From: a virus
Strand: one strand, 5' to 3'
Length of the DNA stretch: 64,000 bases
IMG/VR virus record: IMGVR_UViG_3300030098_007301
Span: 32,001-96,000 of that record
Shown: piece by piece, positions 1 to 8,021 of the stretch
Numbering within the stretch: position 1 is the stretch's first letter
How the letters are laid out: the number at the start of each line of letters is the position of its first letter
The notes under the pieces: model-generated
The model's database searches: none
Told to the model about the DNA's origin: nothing
What the model saw: the letters and a program-made list of their open reading frames with translations, nothing else
Program-made: the position numbers and the translations under genes

Positions 1-172
1 CACACCGGGCAGGGTGTTGGAATTTAACCAACGGTTTTTTTGACCTAGTTACATTAGGCTTGTCATGCTGCCAAAGAGCGGAACTGACAAAATCCGCACC
101 CGCGATGGGGCTCCCGGCAGAAAACTTTAGGATTTCTCCCTAAAGACAAAACGGGTTTGGACCGTTTTTTTG
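1..172 (+). ncRNA. Candidate structured non-coding element (series of hairpins ending in a terminator-like hairpin); truncated at the window edge
   Basis: Stems 16-20/28-32 (GTTGG/CCAAC), 68-72/116-120 (CTGCC/GGCAG) enclosing 78-82/93-97 (GCGGA/TCCGC), 125-131/139-145 (CTTTAGG/CCTAAAG), and 148-154/162-168 followed by a T-run; no ORF in the track. Confidence 0.3.
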
Positions 173-333
173 TAATGACGTATAGATCTAATAAAACATT
201 TTTTTAAATGTAGAGAGTGTAAAATACGCCAAAACTGAAAAGGGTTTTAGACGCTTCGGGGATCAGTGTCAAACTTTTTTTTAGTCGAACTTGACTTTTG
301 GGGCGTAAACTATTAATCAACAGTTTTTTAGAC

Positions 334-807
334 ATGGAAATAAACTATTCAAAACTGAATCCAAGCGCAAAAGCTCCATTCCAAGCTAATCCTTCTGATG
401 CTGGTTATGATCTTTTCTCAACTGAATACGTAACCATTGAGCCTTTTCAGAGAAAATTAGTCTCAACAGGGATAAATATTGAAATCCCTGATGGTTTTTA
501 TGGAAGAGTCGCCCCAAGAAGCGGTTTAGCGTGTAAAAAAGGTATAGACGTAATGGCTGGAGTAATTGATTCCGGTTATCGCGGCGAAATAAAAGTTTTA
601 TTGATAAATTTAAATTTCGAAGGATATAATCTTAAACCTAATGCTTTTGAAGCTATGTTTGGTTCACAGAATAAAATCACAATTAATCCCGGCGACAGGA
701 TAGCACAGCTCATTATTGAAAAATGCTACCAAGTCGAATGGAATGAGATGAAAACACTAGAAAATTCTAAAAGAGGTCAGGGCGGTTTCGGCAGCTCTGG
801 GGAATAA
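334..807 (+). CDS. dut: Trimeric dUTPase
   Basis: Motifs AGYDL, PRSGLA, GVIDSGYRGEI, GDRIAQL and RGQGGFGSSG; ATG at 334 preferred over TTG at 298. Confidence 0.97.
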   Translation: MEINYSKLNPSAKAPFQANPSDAGYDLFSTEYVTIEPFQRKLVSTGINIEIPDGFYGRVAPRSGLACKKGIDVMAGVIDSGYRGEIKVLLINLNFEGYNLKPNAFEAMFGSQNKITINPGDRIAQLIIEKCYQVEWNEMKTLENSKRGQGGFGSSGE

Positions 808-809
808 TC

Positions 810-1016
810 ATGGAAAAATCAAATAAGGAAGTCCTTTCCTATAACACTAAGATGCTAGGCTCTGAAGTCCACGTTATCAAAAACGGAGGGTGGAAAGGAA
901 AAGTAGAAAGAGTCATAGATAATGAATATTTCGAAATATCAAAATTAGAAAATCCACTAGAGAGTGAAGTAGTGTCGATGTATGACATCCGATCGCTTTC
1001 TTACGGATCGTTCTGA
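810..1016 (+). CDS. Hypothetical protein (68 aa, possibly a small SH3/KOW-like beta protein)
   Basis: ORF directly after dut with plausible composition. Confidence 0.6.
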   Translation: MEKSNKEVLSYNTKMLGSEVHVIKNGGWKGKVERVIDNEYFEISKLENPLESEVVSMYDIRSLSYGSF

Positions 1017-1082
1017 CCCACCTGTCACTAGCCCCACATTAAAAAACGCTTATTTCCTAAGAAATAGGCCTATGAGTCATGT

Positions 1083-1098
1083 TGGCACATTGCCTGCT
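1083..1098 (+). promoter_or_regulatory. sigma54-type -24/-12 promoter upstream of hsp20
   Basis: TGGCAC-attgc-CTGCT; GG(1084-85)-N10-GC(1096-97) spacing is exact. Confidence 0.65.
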
Positions 1099-1109
1099 AA
1101 AATAAAAGC

Positions 1110-1466
1110 ATGTTAATGCCAACTGCATTTAGTAGGGGCTTGCTCGATTTTGCAACGCCGTTATTTGAAGAAATTGAACGTAGCCATAATTCGTATTTCA
1201 CGGAAGAGGATGGTAAATATATTTTTGAGGTAGAAATGCCCGGCTTTGCGAAAGAAGATGTTAAAGTCAACGTCGACACGTCAGGGCACCTCAACCTACA
1301 AGGTAAAACCACTCGAAGAGGAAAAGAGGTTAAGTTCGGCCAAACTTACCATATTCCAGAAAAGGCTGATGCTGCTACAGCGGATGCAAGCCTGAAAAAT
1401 GGCATATTTAGGTTGATATTGAAAAAGAAAAATAAGCACAAACCTAAACAAATACAAATAAAGTAG
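1110..1466 (+). CDS. Small heat-shock protein (Hsp20/alpha-crystallin)
   Basis: EVEMPGFAKEDVKV and ADASLKNGIFRL core motifs; C-terminal IxI motif (KQIQIK). Confidence 0.92.
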   Translation: MLMPTAFSRGLLDFATPLFEEIERSHNSYFTEEDGKYIFEVEMPGFAKEDVKVNVDTSGHLNLQGKTTRRGKEVKFGQTYHIPEKADAATADASLKNGIFRLILKKKNKHKPKQIQIK

Positions 1467-1471
1467 CAATT

Positions 1472-1496
1472 AGCCGGGCTTTGCCCGGCTTTTTTT
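1472..1496 (+). terminator. Intrinsic terminator after hsp20
   Basis: AGCCGGGC-TTT-GCCCGGCT stem-loop followed by a T-run. Confidence 0.9.
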
Positions 1497-1503
1497 GTGT
1501 AAT
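1497..1503 (+). promoter_or_regulatory. GTGTAAT motif (putative phage promoter)
   Basis: Recurrent upstream motif; directly after the terminator and 7 nt before an ATG at 1511. Confidence 0.55.
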
Positions 1504-1552
1504 TACTAGTATGCCGTTAAGTCGTTCAAGTTCAATAATTTACAAAACGAAT

Positions 1553-1581
1553 TTGACAAACCTTCTTCTCTCAAATAAAAT
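1553..1581 (+). promoter_or_regulatory. sigma70-type promoter
   Basis: TTGACA-N17-TAAAAT, 9 nt before the ATG at 1591. Confidence 0.75.
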
Positions 1582-1590
1582 TTTCTTTAA

Positions 1591-1782
1591 ATGGTCAACG
1601 ACGTCATGCTAACTCAAAAAGATCACGATAACGTCTGCCAATTGTTGCAGCAATTGATAGAATTTTCTCAACACGAGGATAGGTTAAACAATCTATCAGA
1701 CCCTATGAAATATCCCGGCGAAGGATTCATTACTAACAAACTTAAACTTATAAAGGAAGTTTTAGAAAATGGATCTGAATAA
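1591..1782 (+). CDS. Hypothetical protein (63 aa)
   Basis: ORF downstream of the sigma70 promoter; overlaps the next gene. Confidence 0.65.
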   Translation: MVNDVMLTQKDHDNVCQLLQQLIEFSQHEDRLNNLSDPMKYPGEGFITNKLKLIKEVLENGSE

Positions 1783-2098
1783 AAAATTAGAAAATTTGTT
1801 AAAAGAAAAAGAGTCCCTCACTGCGGACATAAAAATATGTTGCAACAGCATAGAGTTTTGGGAAAAAAGAGCGGAAAAAATATTTAATAAAATGGATGCT
1901 TTTGAGGAGAATAGCCTTTTTGAAAGCGACGAAAACAATACAAAAAAGTATAAAAAATTAATGCGGGAATCTAATAAACTTATGACTAGGATAAATTTTG
2001 AAAACGACCAATTAGATATACTTGAAGGCAAAATTTTAGATCTTGAAGAAAAAATAATCAAAGCAATAGCGGCCTATGCCCAAAAGCAAAAAAAATAA
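1769..2098 (+). CDS. Hypothetical coiled-coil protein (109 aa)
   Basis: E/K/L-rich heptad pattern; operon-like overlap. Confidence 0.7.
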   Translation: MDLNKKLENLLKEKESLTADIKICCNSIEFWEKRAEKIFNKMDAFEENSLFESDENNTKKYKKLMRESNKLMTRINFENDQLDILEGKILDLEEKIIKAIAAYAQKQKK

Positions 2099-2243
2099 AA
2101 AATATTATTTAATAGAGTCTGAAAAAAGAAAATGGTCTTATGGAGCTTTTCCTCATACTGACGATGGCCTTGAACAAGCTAAAAAGTATTTAAAGAAGAT
2201 GCAAAGAAAAGTTGACGAAGAGTTAAAAATTATTGAAAAATAA
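2076..2243 (+). CDS. Small basic hypothetical protein (55 aa, MPKSKKNKKYYLIESEKRKWSYGAFPHTDDGLEQAKKYL...), absent from the ORF track
   Basis: Translated by hand from ATG 2076 to TAA 2243; fills the gap before the nrdA promoter. Confidence 0.7.
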   Translation: MPKSKKNKKYYLIESEKRKWSYGAFPHTDDGLEQAKKYLKKMQRKVDEELKIIEK

Positions 2244-2244
2244 C

Positions 2245-2272
2245 TTGACTTACGACCCCGGTTAAATAAAAT
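2245..2272 (+). promoter_or_regulatory. sigma70-type promoter for nrdA
   Basis: TTGACT-N16-TAAAAT. Confidence 0.6.
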
Positions 2273-2279
2273 TAATCAC

Positions 2280-2305
2280 ACACCCTATTAGGGGTGTATT
2301 TTTTT
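2280..2305 (+). promoter_or_regulatory. Hairpin plus T-run in the nrdA leader, containing a GTGTAT motif copy (2294-2299)
   Basis: ACACCCT-ATTA-GGGGTGT followed by ATTTTTTT. Confidence 0.5.
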
Positions 2306-2313
2306 CTACTAAC

Positions 2314-4743
2314 ATGGAAATAAAAGTAAAGAAGAGAAACGGAAAACTAGAAGAATTTGACGTAGAGAAGATAAATAAATGCGTTTATCGAGCCTGCGCT
2401 GGTATTGATGGTAACAACGTATCCGCAAGCGAGGTAATACTTGATGCGCAGTTACAACTTTACGATAAAATCACTACTAAAGAAATTGATGAAGCTTTAA
2501 TTTTGTCAGCGCGAGCAAAGATAGAAAAAGAACCTAATTATAGCAATGTCGCCGCCGCTTTAGCCGTAAACGCGCTTTATAAAGAAGTTTTTCGAGAAAG
2601 CGTTGACTCAGATACTTTTGATTTACAATATAAAAAATCTTTCGTGCAAGGAATTAAGAAATTAACTAAGAAAGAAATTTTAAACGAAAAGCTACTTAGT
2701 TATGATCTTAAAAAATTATCGGAAGCTCTAGTTCCTGATAGAGATCGCAAGTTTAAGTACCTCGGGCTACAAATTTTAATTGACAGATACTTTATTCGTA
2801 GCAATAATAAAATTATCGAGTCGCCTCAGGCTTTTTGGATGAGAATTGCCATGGGGTTAGCTTTAAATGAAAAAAATAAAGAAGAACGAGCAATTGAGTT
2901 TTATAACCTGTTTAGCAACCTGCTTTACACTCCTTCCACTCCTACATTATTTAATAGCGGAACTACTCACTCTCAATTAAGCTCATGTTACTTAAACACA
3001 TTCGATGATAGTATTGACGGAATCTTCGAAGGGGTCTGGCAAGAAGCGCGTAAGAGTAAATACGCTGGAGGTCTTGGCTTTGATGTTACTAATTTTAGGT
3101 CTTCTGGCGCTTTTATCAAAGGCACAAACGGGATTTCTGGAGGAATTGTCCCATGGCTCAAAATCTTCAACGATACACTTGTCGCGGTAAACCAAGGGGG
3201 CAAAAGACCCGGCGCTGGGTGCGCCTATCTAGAACCTTGGCACCTTGACTTTGAGGACTTTTTAAATCTTCGCCGAAACACTGGCGATGAAAGACTTCGG
3301 TGTCACGATATGAACACTGCGTCTTGGATTCCTGACCTTTTTATGAAGAAGGTTCAAGAAGATGGAGATTGGTACATGTTTTGCCCTTCTGACTCAAGAG
3401 ACCTGCATGAAGCCTTTGGGGATTGCTTTACCGCAGTCTACGAGCAGATGGTTGATAAAGCAGAAGTAGGAGAACTAAAAAATTTCCGCAAAGTAAAAGC
3501 TAAGGAGCTTTGGAAAAAAATGTTAAAGGTTTTATTCGAAACGTCCCATCCTTGGGTAACATTTAAAGACCCTTCTAATATTCGTTACAGCAACCAGCAC
3601 CAAGGAACTGTTCACTCCAGTAATCTTTGTACTGAGATTTTACTACATACAAAGCCTTCTGAATATAAAGATGGCGAAAAAATCAAAGTTGGAGAAACCG
3701 CTGTTTGTAACTTAGGAAGTGTTAATTTAAAAAATCATTTAATAAAAAGCGAAACAGGTAAATACTCTTTAAACAAAGAGTTGCTAGCTAACACTATTAA
3801 AACAGCTATCCGCCTTCTTGACAATGTTATAGACTTAAATTTTTATCCAACTAAAGAAGCTAGAAATGCTAATATGCAACACCGCCCTATCGGCCTAGGA
3901 ATGATGGCAACGCATGACGTACTACAATTAGTTGATATACAGTACGACTCGGACAAGGCGGTAAAATATATTGACGAGCTCACAGAGTTCTTTTCTTATC
4001 ACGCCATTCTTTCGTCTAGCAAGTTAGCGCAGGAAAGAGGAAGCTATAAAACCTACGCCGGTTCTTTATGGGATAAAGGCAAACTGCCAATCGATACCTA
4101 TAACGACCTACTAGATTTTAGAAAAAAATCTTCGAAGACCCCCCGGGGGGGTAAAATTGATTGGTCGGAAGTAAGGGAAAGTATTTCGAAATATGGAATC
4201 AGAAATAGTAACACTATGGCAATTGCTCCTACTGCCACTATTGGTTATATCAACGGCGTGGAGCAAAGCGTCGAGCCGAACTTCTCGGTCCTCTTCGTCT
4301 ATGAAAACAAAAGCGGAAACTTCTACATCACGAACGAACAATTCGTCAACGACATGAAAAAAGAGGGCATTTGGAGTCCTCAATTCGCTGAAGCCGTTAA
4401 AGAAGTAGATGGAGACGTGACCCTTCTTGATATCCCAGAAAAATATAAAGAAAAGTATAAAACTGCTTTTGACCGCGATATGTTCAAATTAATTGAATGT
4501 AACGCCGCTAGACAAAAATGGATTGACCAAGGCGTTTCGTTTAATCTTTATAACAAAGGCACTAGTCTAAAATATTTAAATGATATTTATATGGCGGCAT
4601 GGGAAGCTGGACTAAAAACAACTTATTATTTACGTAATCGCGGTGCATCTAAGGTAGAGAAATCTACAAAAAAAGAATACACCAAGGAAGAGCAGATAGC
4701 CTGTTCCATCGCAAACCCTGAAGCATGCGAGGCCTGCCAGTAA
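2314..4743 (+). CDS. nrdA: Class I ribonucleotide reductase alpha subunit with N-terminal ATP cone
   Basis: VKKRNG ATP cone, TPTLFNSG, SSCYL, SNLCTEI, VCNLGS, APTATI, KTTYYLR and C-terminal CEACQ; no intein or intron. Confidence 0.97.
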   Translation: MEIKVKKRNGKLEEFDVEKINKCVYRACAGIDGNNVSASEVILDAQLQLYDKITTKEIDEALILSARAKIEKEPNYSNVAAALAVNALYKEVFRESVDSDTFDLQYKKSFVQGIKKLTKKEILNEKLLSYDLKKLSEALVPDRDRKFKYLGLQILIDRYFIRSNNKIIESPQAFWMRIAMGLALNEKNKEERAIEFYNLFSNLLYTPSTPTLFNSGTTHSQLSSCYLNTFDDSIDGIFEGVWQEARKSKYAGGLGFDVTNFRSSGAFIKGTNGISGGIVPWLKIFNDTLVAVNQGGKRPGAGCAYLEPWHLDFEDFLNLRRNTGDERLRCHDMNTASWIPDLFMKKVQEDGDWYMFCPSDSRDLHEAFGDCFTAVYEQMVDKAEVGELKNFRKVKAKELWKKMLKVLFETSHPWVTFKDPSNIRYSNQHQGTVHSSNLCTEILLHTKPSEYKDGEKIKVGETAVCNLGSVNLKNHLIKSETGKYSLNKELLANTIKTAIRLLDNVIDLNFYPTKEARNANMQHRPIGLGMMATHDVLQLVDIQYDSDKAVKYIDELTEFFSYHAILSSSKLAQERGSYKTYAGSLWDKGKLPIDTYNDLLDFRKKSSKTPRGGKIDWSEVRESISKYGIRNSNTMAIAPTATIGYINGVEQSVEPNFSVLFVYENKSGNFYITNEQFVNDMKKEGIWSPQFAEAVKEVDGDVTLLDIPEKYKEKYKTAFDRDMFKLIECNAARQKWIDQGVSFNLYNKGTSLKYLNDIYMAAWEAGLKTTYYLRNRGASKVEKSTKKEYTKEEQIACSIANPEACEACQ

Positions 4744-5504
4744 TGGATTATTCTAAAATAAATATTTTTTATCCCGTTATAGGTTATACGGGCATGGTTC
4801 ATTCTGACTACATGATGAGTACGATAAACCTCATGTCAGTGTGTCGGCAAAAAAATATAAAAATTGGCCTAAGATCTATATGGTTTGAGAGCTTAATTAG
4901 TAGAGCGCGGAACGCTTCGGTTGCTTTCATGCTTAACAAAGATTATACTCATTTATTTTTTGTTGATACTGATACCCAATTTGACCCGCATGACGTTTTA
5001 AAACTTCTAGACGCGGATGAGGACGTGACTGTTGGAGTCTACCCTAAAAAATATTTTAATGGGCAAAAGATAGAGTTGATGGCCTCTACTGGGAAGCTGC
5101 CTGAATACTGGAGGCATCTTGCAACTGATTTTTCCAGCGAAATCGACTTTGAAGAATTTAAAAAAGCAAAGTCTCAGGATAAAATAGAGGCGAAATATGC
5201 AGCCACCGGATTCATGTTGATAAAACGTGAATGTATAGAAAAAATAATTGCGGCTAAACCGGAAATAAAATACACTAACGATATTGACGGATACATGGAA
5301 GCTGGCGATAATTTTTACGATATATTTAGGTGTGAAGTAAACCCGGAGACAAAAAAGTACGAAAGTGAAGATTATGGTTTTTGCAAACTTTGGAAGTCAC
5401 TTGGCGGCAAAATAAATGTAATTACTGACATAAATCTTGGGCACCGAGGATTTAATACTTATTTAGGAAACTTAAAAGCTCAATCTCAATATTATACTAA
5501 ATGA
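4743..5504 (+). CDS. GT-A fold glycosyltransferase (GT2-like)
   Basis: SLISRARN, HLFFVDTD (DxD), ATGFMLIKR, SEDYGFC and LGH motifs; ATG overlaps the nrdA stop (TAATG). Confidence 0.85.
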   Translation: MDYSKINIFYPVIGYTGMVHSDYMMSTINLMSVCRQKNIKIGLRSIWFESLISRARNASVAFMLNKDYTHLFFVDTDTQFDPHDVLKLLDADEDVTVGVYPKKYFNGQKIELMASTGKLPEYWRHLATDFSSEIDFEEFKKAKSQDKIEAKYAATGFMLIKRECIEKIIAAKPEIKYTNDIDGYMEAGDNFYDIFRCEVNPETKKYESEDYGFCKLWKSLGGKINVITDINLGHRGFNTYLGNLKAQSQYYTK

Positions 5505-6517
5505 ACGACTCAAAAACTGGAAATATATTAGGAAAAGACGTAGCTGGGGTTAATTGCATTTTACCCCACAAACATAAAACCGCGTGGGACTTGTTTTTAA
5601 AAGGCTGCGCTAATAACTGGATGCCAACGGAGATATCAATGGCAGACGACATCAAACAATGGAAAAATGGAGACATAACAGATGATGAAAAACTTTTGGT
5701 TAAACGTTCGCTTGGCTTTTTTGCTGGCAGTGAATCTCTCGTTGGTAACAACCTTTTGCTTAGCGGCTTTAGGTATATTACTGATGCTGAATGTCGCCAG
5801 TATATTTTACGACAAGCGTTTGAGGAAAGCCTTCATAATCTTACTATTGTTTACGTTTGCGATTCTTTGGATCTTAAAATAGATGAAGTATATCAAGCTT
5901 ATTTAAATATTCCATCTATCAAGGCCAAAGATGACTTTCTAATGAGCATTACTACTGACCTAAGTAGGCCAGACTTTAATCCTTATACTCAAGAAGGCAA
6001 AAAAGAGATTTTAAGAAATTTCATTACCTATTGGATTGTCTGCGAAGGTATCTTTTTCTTTAGTGGATTTGCAATGCTGCTAGCCCTTGGTCGCCAAAAT
6101 AAAATGCAGGGCGTCGCTGACCAAATTAAATATACCCTCCGCGACGAAAGCTCTCATATTCAGTTCGGCACTTATGTTATTAATCAGATTATAGAGCAGA
6201 ATCCTAAAATCTGGACTAAATCGTTCCAGCAAGAAATAACTGAACATATACAAAAGGCTGTACAGCTTGAAATAGCATACGCTAAAGATGTATTACCTAG
6301 GGGGATTCTTGGTCTTAATGCTGAAATGTTTGTAGATTACATGCACTACATTGGCAATCGTAGGTTAGAAGGCGTTGGCCTTGAATATAGGTTTGAATCG
6401 GATAAAAATCCATTCCCTTGGCTCGGAGAAGTAGTTGACGTTCAAGCTATGGGTAACTTTTTTGAGCGCCGAGTAAGAGAATATCAACAATCTGGTTCCC
6501 TTGAGGATGACTTTTAA
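5501..6517 (+). CDS. nrdB: Class I RNR beta subunit, class Ic (R2c)-type signature
   Basis: NNWMPTE, FFAGSESLV, EESLH, EGIFFFSGF, RDESSH and NFFERRVREY; first metal ligand is Glu78 and the radical-Tyr position is Ile116. Confidence 0.95.
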   Translation: MNDSKTGNILGKDVAGVNCILPHKHKTAWDLFLKGCANNWMPTEISMADDIKQWKNGDITDDEKLLVKRSLGFFAGSESLVGNNLLLSGFRYITDAECRQYILRQAFEESLHNLTIVYVCDSLDLKIDEVYQAYLNIPSIKAKDDFLMSITTDLSRPDFNPYTQEGKKEILRNFITYWIVCEGIFFFSGFAMLLALGRQNKMQGVADQIKYTLRDESSHIQFGTYVINQIIEQNPKIWTKSFQQEITEHIQKAVQLEIAYAKDVLPRGILGLNAEMFVDYMHYIGNRRLEGVGLEYRFESDKNPFPWLGEVVDVQAMGNFFERRVREYQQSGSLEDDF

Positions 6518-6538
6518 TGTAACATCCTATATACAACA

Positions 6539-6733
6539 ATGTCAAGATTCAAATTCTCCAACGAGTCTTTCATGTTGGGCCAAATTTCTTGTGAAATGAT
6601 TGCCCTGTCTCAACATCTAAATGAAAATCACGGACAAAAGCTTAACGGCGAATTAGTTGAATTAGACAAAATAATAAATAGAGTTAATAGAGTTAAAGAG
6701 ATAATGCTAAAAAAGGACAAAGATGATGCCTAA
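6539..6733 (+). CDS. Hypothetical protein (64 aa)
   Basis: ORF in the small-gene cluster. Confidence 0.6.
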   Translation: MSRFKFSNESFMLGQISCEMIALSQHLNENHGQKLNGELVELDKIINRVNRVKEIMLKKDKDDA

Positions 6734-6923
6734 TATATCTGAATTTGAAAGAAATAAACCGATAAAAACTCATAAATCTATTATGGAGGCCAAGGAAAAA
6801 TACGAAAAATTAGTAAAATCCACCGTGGTCATGGAAGACACTGACGCGGTACGCGTTGAAATGGCAAACTGTATTCTCAAAGACCTCAAAGAAATTTATA
6901 AAAATTTCATAGCTGGATTATAA
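6723..6923 (+). CDS. Hypothetical protein (66 aa)
   Basis: Overlapping operon-like ORF. Confidence 0.65.
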   Translation: MMPNISEFERNKPIKTHKSIMEAKEKYEKLVKSTVVMEDTDAVRVEMANCILKDLKEIYKNFIAGL

Positions 6924-6930
6924 TATTCAT

Positions 6931-7146
6931 ATGAATAATCATATCAAGATTATGCTGGAATCCCAAAGGAGATGCGCCTCTGCCATTCAAGATGCAGCAA
7001 ATGATGCTAGAACAGCGGCCGATGCTTCGGCTCAAGAGGCTAAGGATTTTGAAGAAATGGCTCAAGAAGCAGCAAATAGGGCTGTCGAGGCTAACGAAAG
7101 GGTCAAGAAGCTTGAGGCTAAATTAACTGCTTCTACAATAGAATAA
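6931..7146 (+). CDS. Ala/Glu-rich coiled-coil hypothetical protein (71 aa)
   Basis: ORF and composition. Confidence 0.65.
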   Translation: MNNHIKIMLESQRRCASAIQDAANDARTAADASAQEAKDFEEMAQEAANRAVEANERVKKLEAKLTASTIE

Positions 7147-7459
7147 TCTTATTTTCTATTTTTTCGATTAAGTCTTCTTGGTTTTCAAATCTTATAAATT
7201 TAGTAATTATTGTTGACCTTTGACTCCGTACTTTAATATCAAGACCTAACCCGCTTTCCTCCAATGGGATAACTATATCAGAAATGAAATCAAACATACC
7301 TCTTTTTCGCATAAATTCCCAATATATATCTTTCATTTCTGTCTCGCATTCAAGAAGTACGCTCATACCGCAGTCTAATTTAGCGCAAGAAAGTACGTAC
7401 CTAAACGGAAGAGATTCCGTAGGAGGCTCGCACAAAGGAGCATGAACTAATAAGTTCAT
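7133..7459 (-). CDS. Hypothetical protein (108 aa, MNLLVHAPL...), a lone minus-strand gene
   Basis: A start at 7459 avoids overlap with ppa and lies 7 nt after a GTGTAAT motif (7467-7473, minus strand). Confidence 0.7.
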   Translation of the reverse strand: MNLLVHAPLCEPPTESLPFRYVLSCAKLDCGMSVLLECETEMKDIYWEFMRKRGMFDFISDIVIPLEESGLGLDIKVRSQRSTIITKFIRFENQEDLIEKIENKIILL

Positions 7460-7475
7460 ATAAAGTATTACACTT

Positions 7476-8021
7476 ATGACGCAAAGAAATCTAGTAAATG
7501 ACATTCCGATCACAAAAGATGGATTTGCTCATGTAAGCTGCATCGTAGAAATCCCAAAAGGGACTAATACTAAATACGAATATAATGAAAATTATGATAT
7601 TTTTGAATTAGAGAGGTGCTTAGTTTCGTCCTTACAATACCCGATTAACTACGGACTCATAACTCAAACATTTGCCTTGGATAAAGATCCGTTAGACGTT
7701 TTAATATTTAATCACGACCCCATAGACAGGGGAAGTTTGGTCAGATGTAGGGTTTTGGGGGTTCTAGACTTTGTAGATAATGATGAAATAGATTACAAAG
7801 TTATAGCTGTGCCTCATTGGGCTCCAAAAAGCCGCTACCCAAGGCTAAATTCAATAGAGCCAGAACATCTTAAAATATTTAAGCAATTTTTTCGCATTTA
7901 CAAAATAGACAGAGCCAGCACTGTTAAAGTTGGCGAATGGAAAAACGGTAAAAAGGCTACAACGGTAGTTTTGGACGCTCACAATAGATGGCAAGAAAGA
8001 CAAAAAAATGGGAATGTTTGA
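7476..8021 (+). CDS. ppa: Family I soluble inorganic pyrophosphatase
   Basis: VEIPKG, KYEY, YPINYG, DKDPLDV, DNDEIDYKVIAV and YK motifs are all present. Confidence 0.93.
   Translation: MTQRNLVNDIPITKDGFAHVSCIVEIPKGTNTKYEYNENYDIFELERCLVSSLQYPINYGLITQTFALDKDPLDVLIFNHDPIDRGSLVRCRVLGVLDFVDNDEIDYKVIAVPHWAPKSRYPRLNSIEPEHLKIFKQFFRIYKIDRASTVKVGEWKNGKKATTVVLDAHNRWQERQKNGNV

Noticed and set aside
291-319. sigma70 promoter for dut
   Set aside because: TTGACT is present, but there is no convincing -10 hexamer at 16-18 nt spacing
298-333. Track starts at 298 (dut), 4725 (GT), 7513 (minus gene) and 9091 (GspC-like)
   Set aside because: Downstream ATGs (334, 4743, 7459, 9139) fit family N-termini, stop-start coupling or the upstream motif better
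2280-2297. NrdR box upstream of nrdA
   Set aside because: The palindrome does not fit the 16-bp NrdR consensus spacing and there is no tandem second box
2314-6517. Intein, intron or homing endonuclease in nrdA/nrdB
   Set aside because: Both ORFs are continuous and of normal length; the intervening gene is a glycosyltransferase
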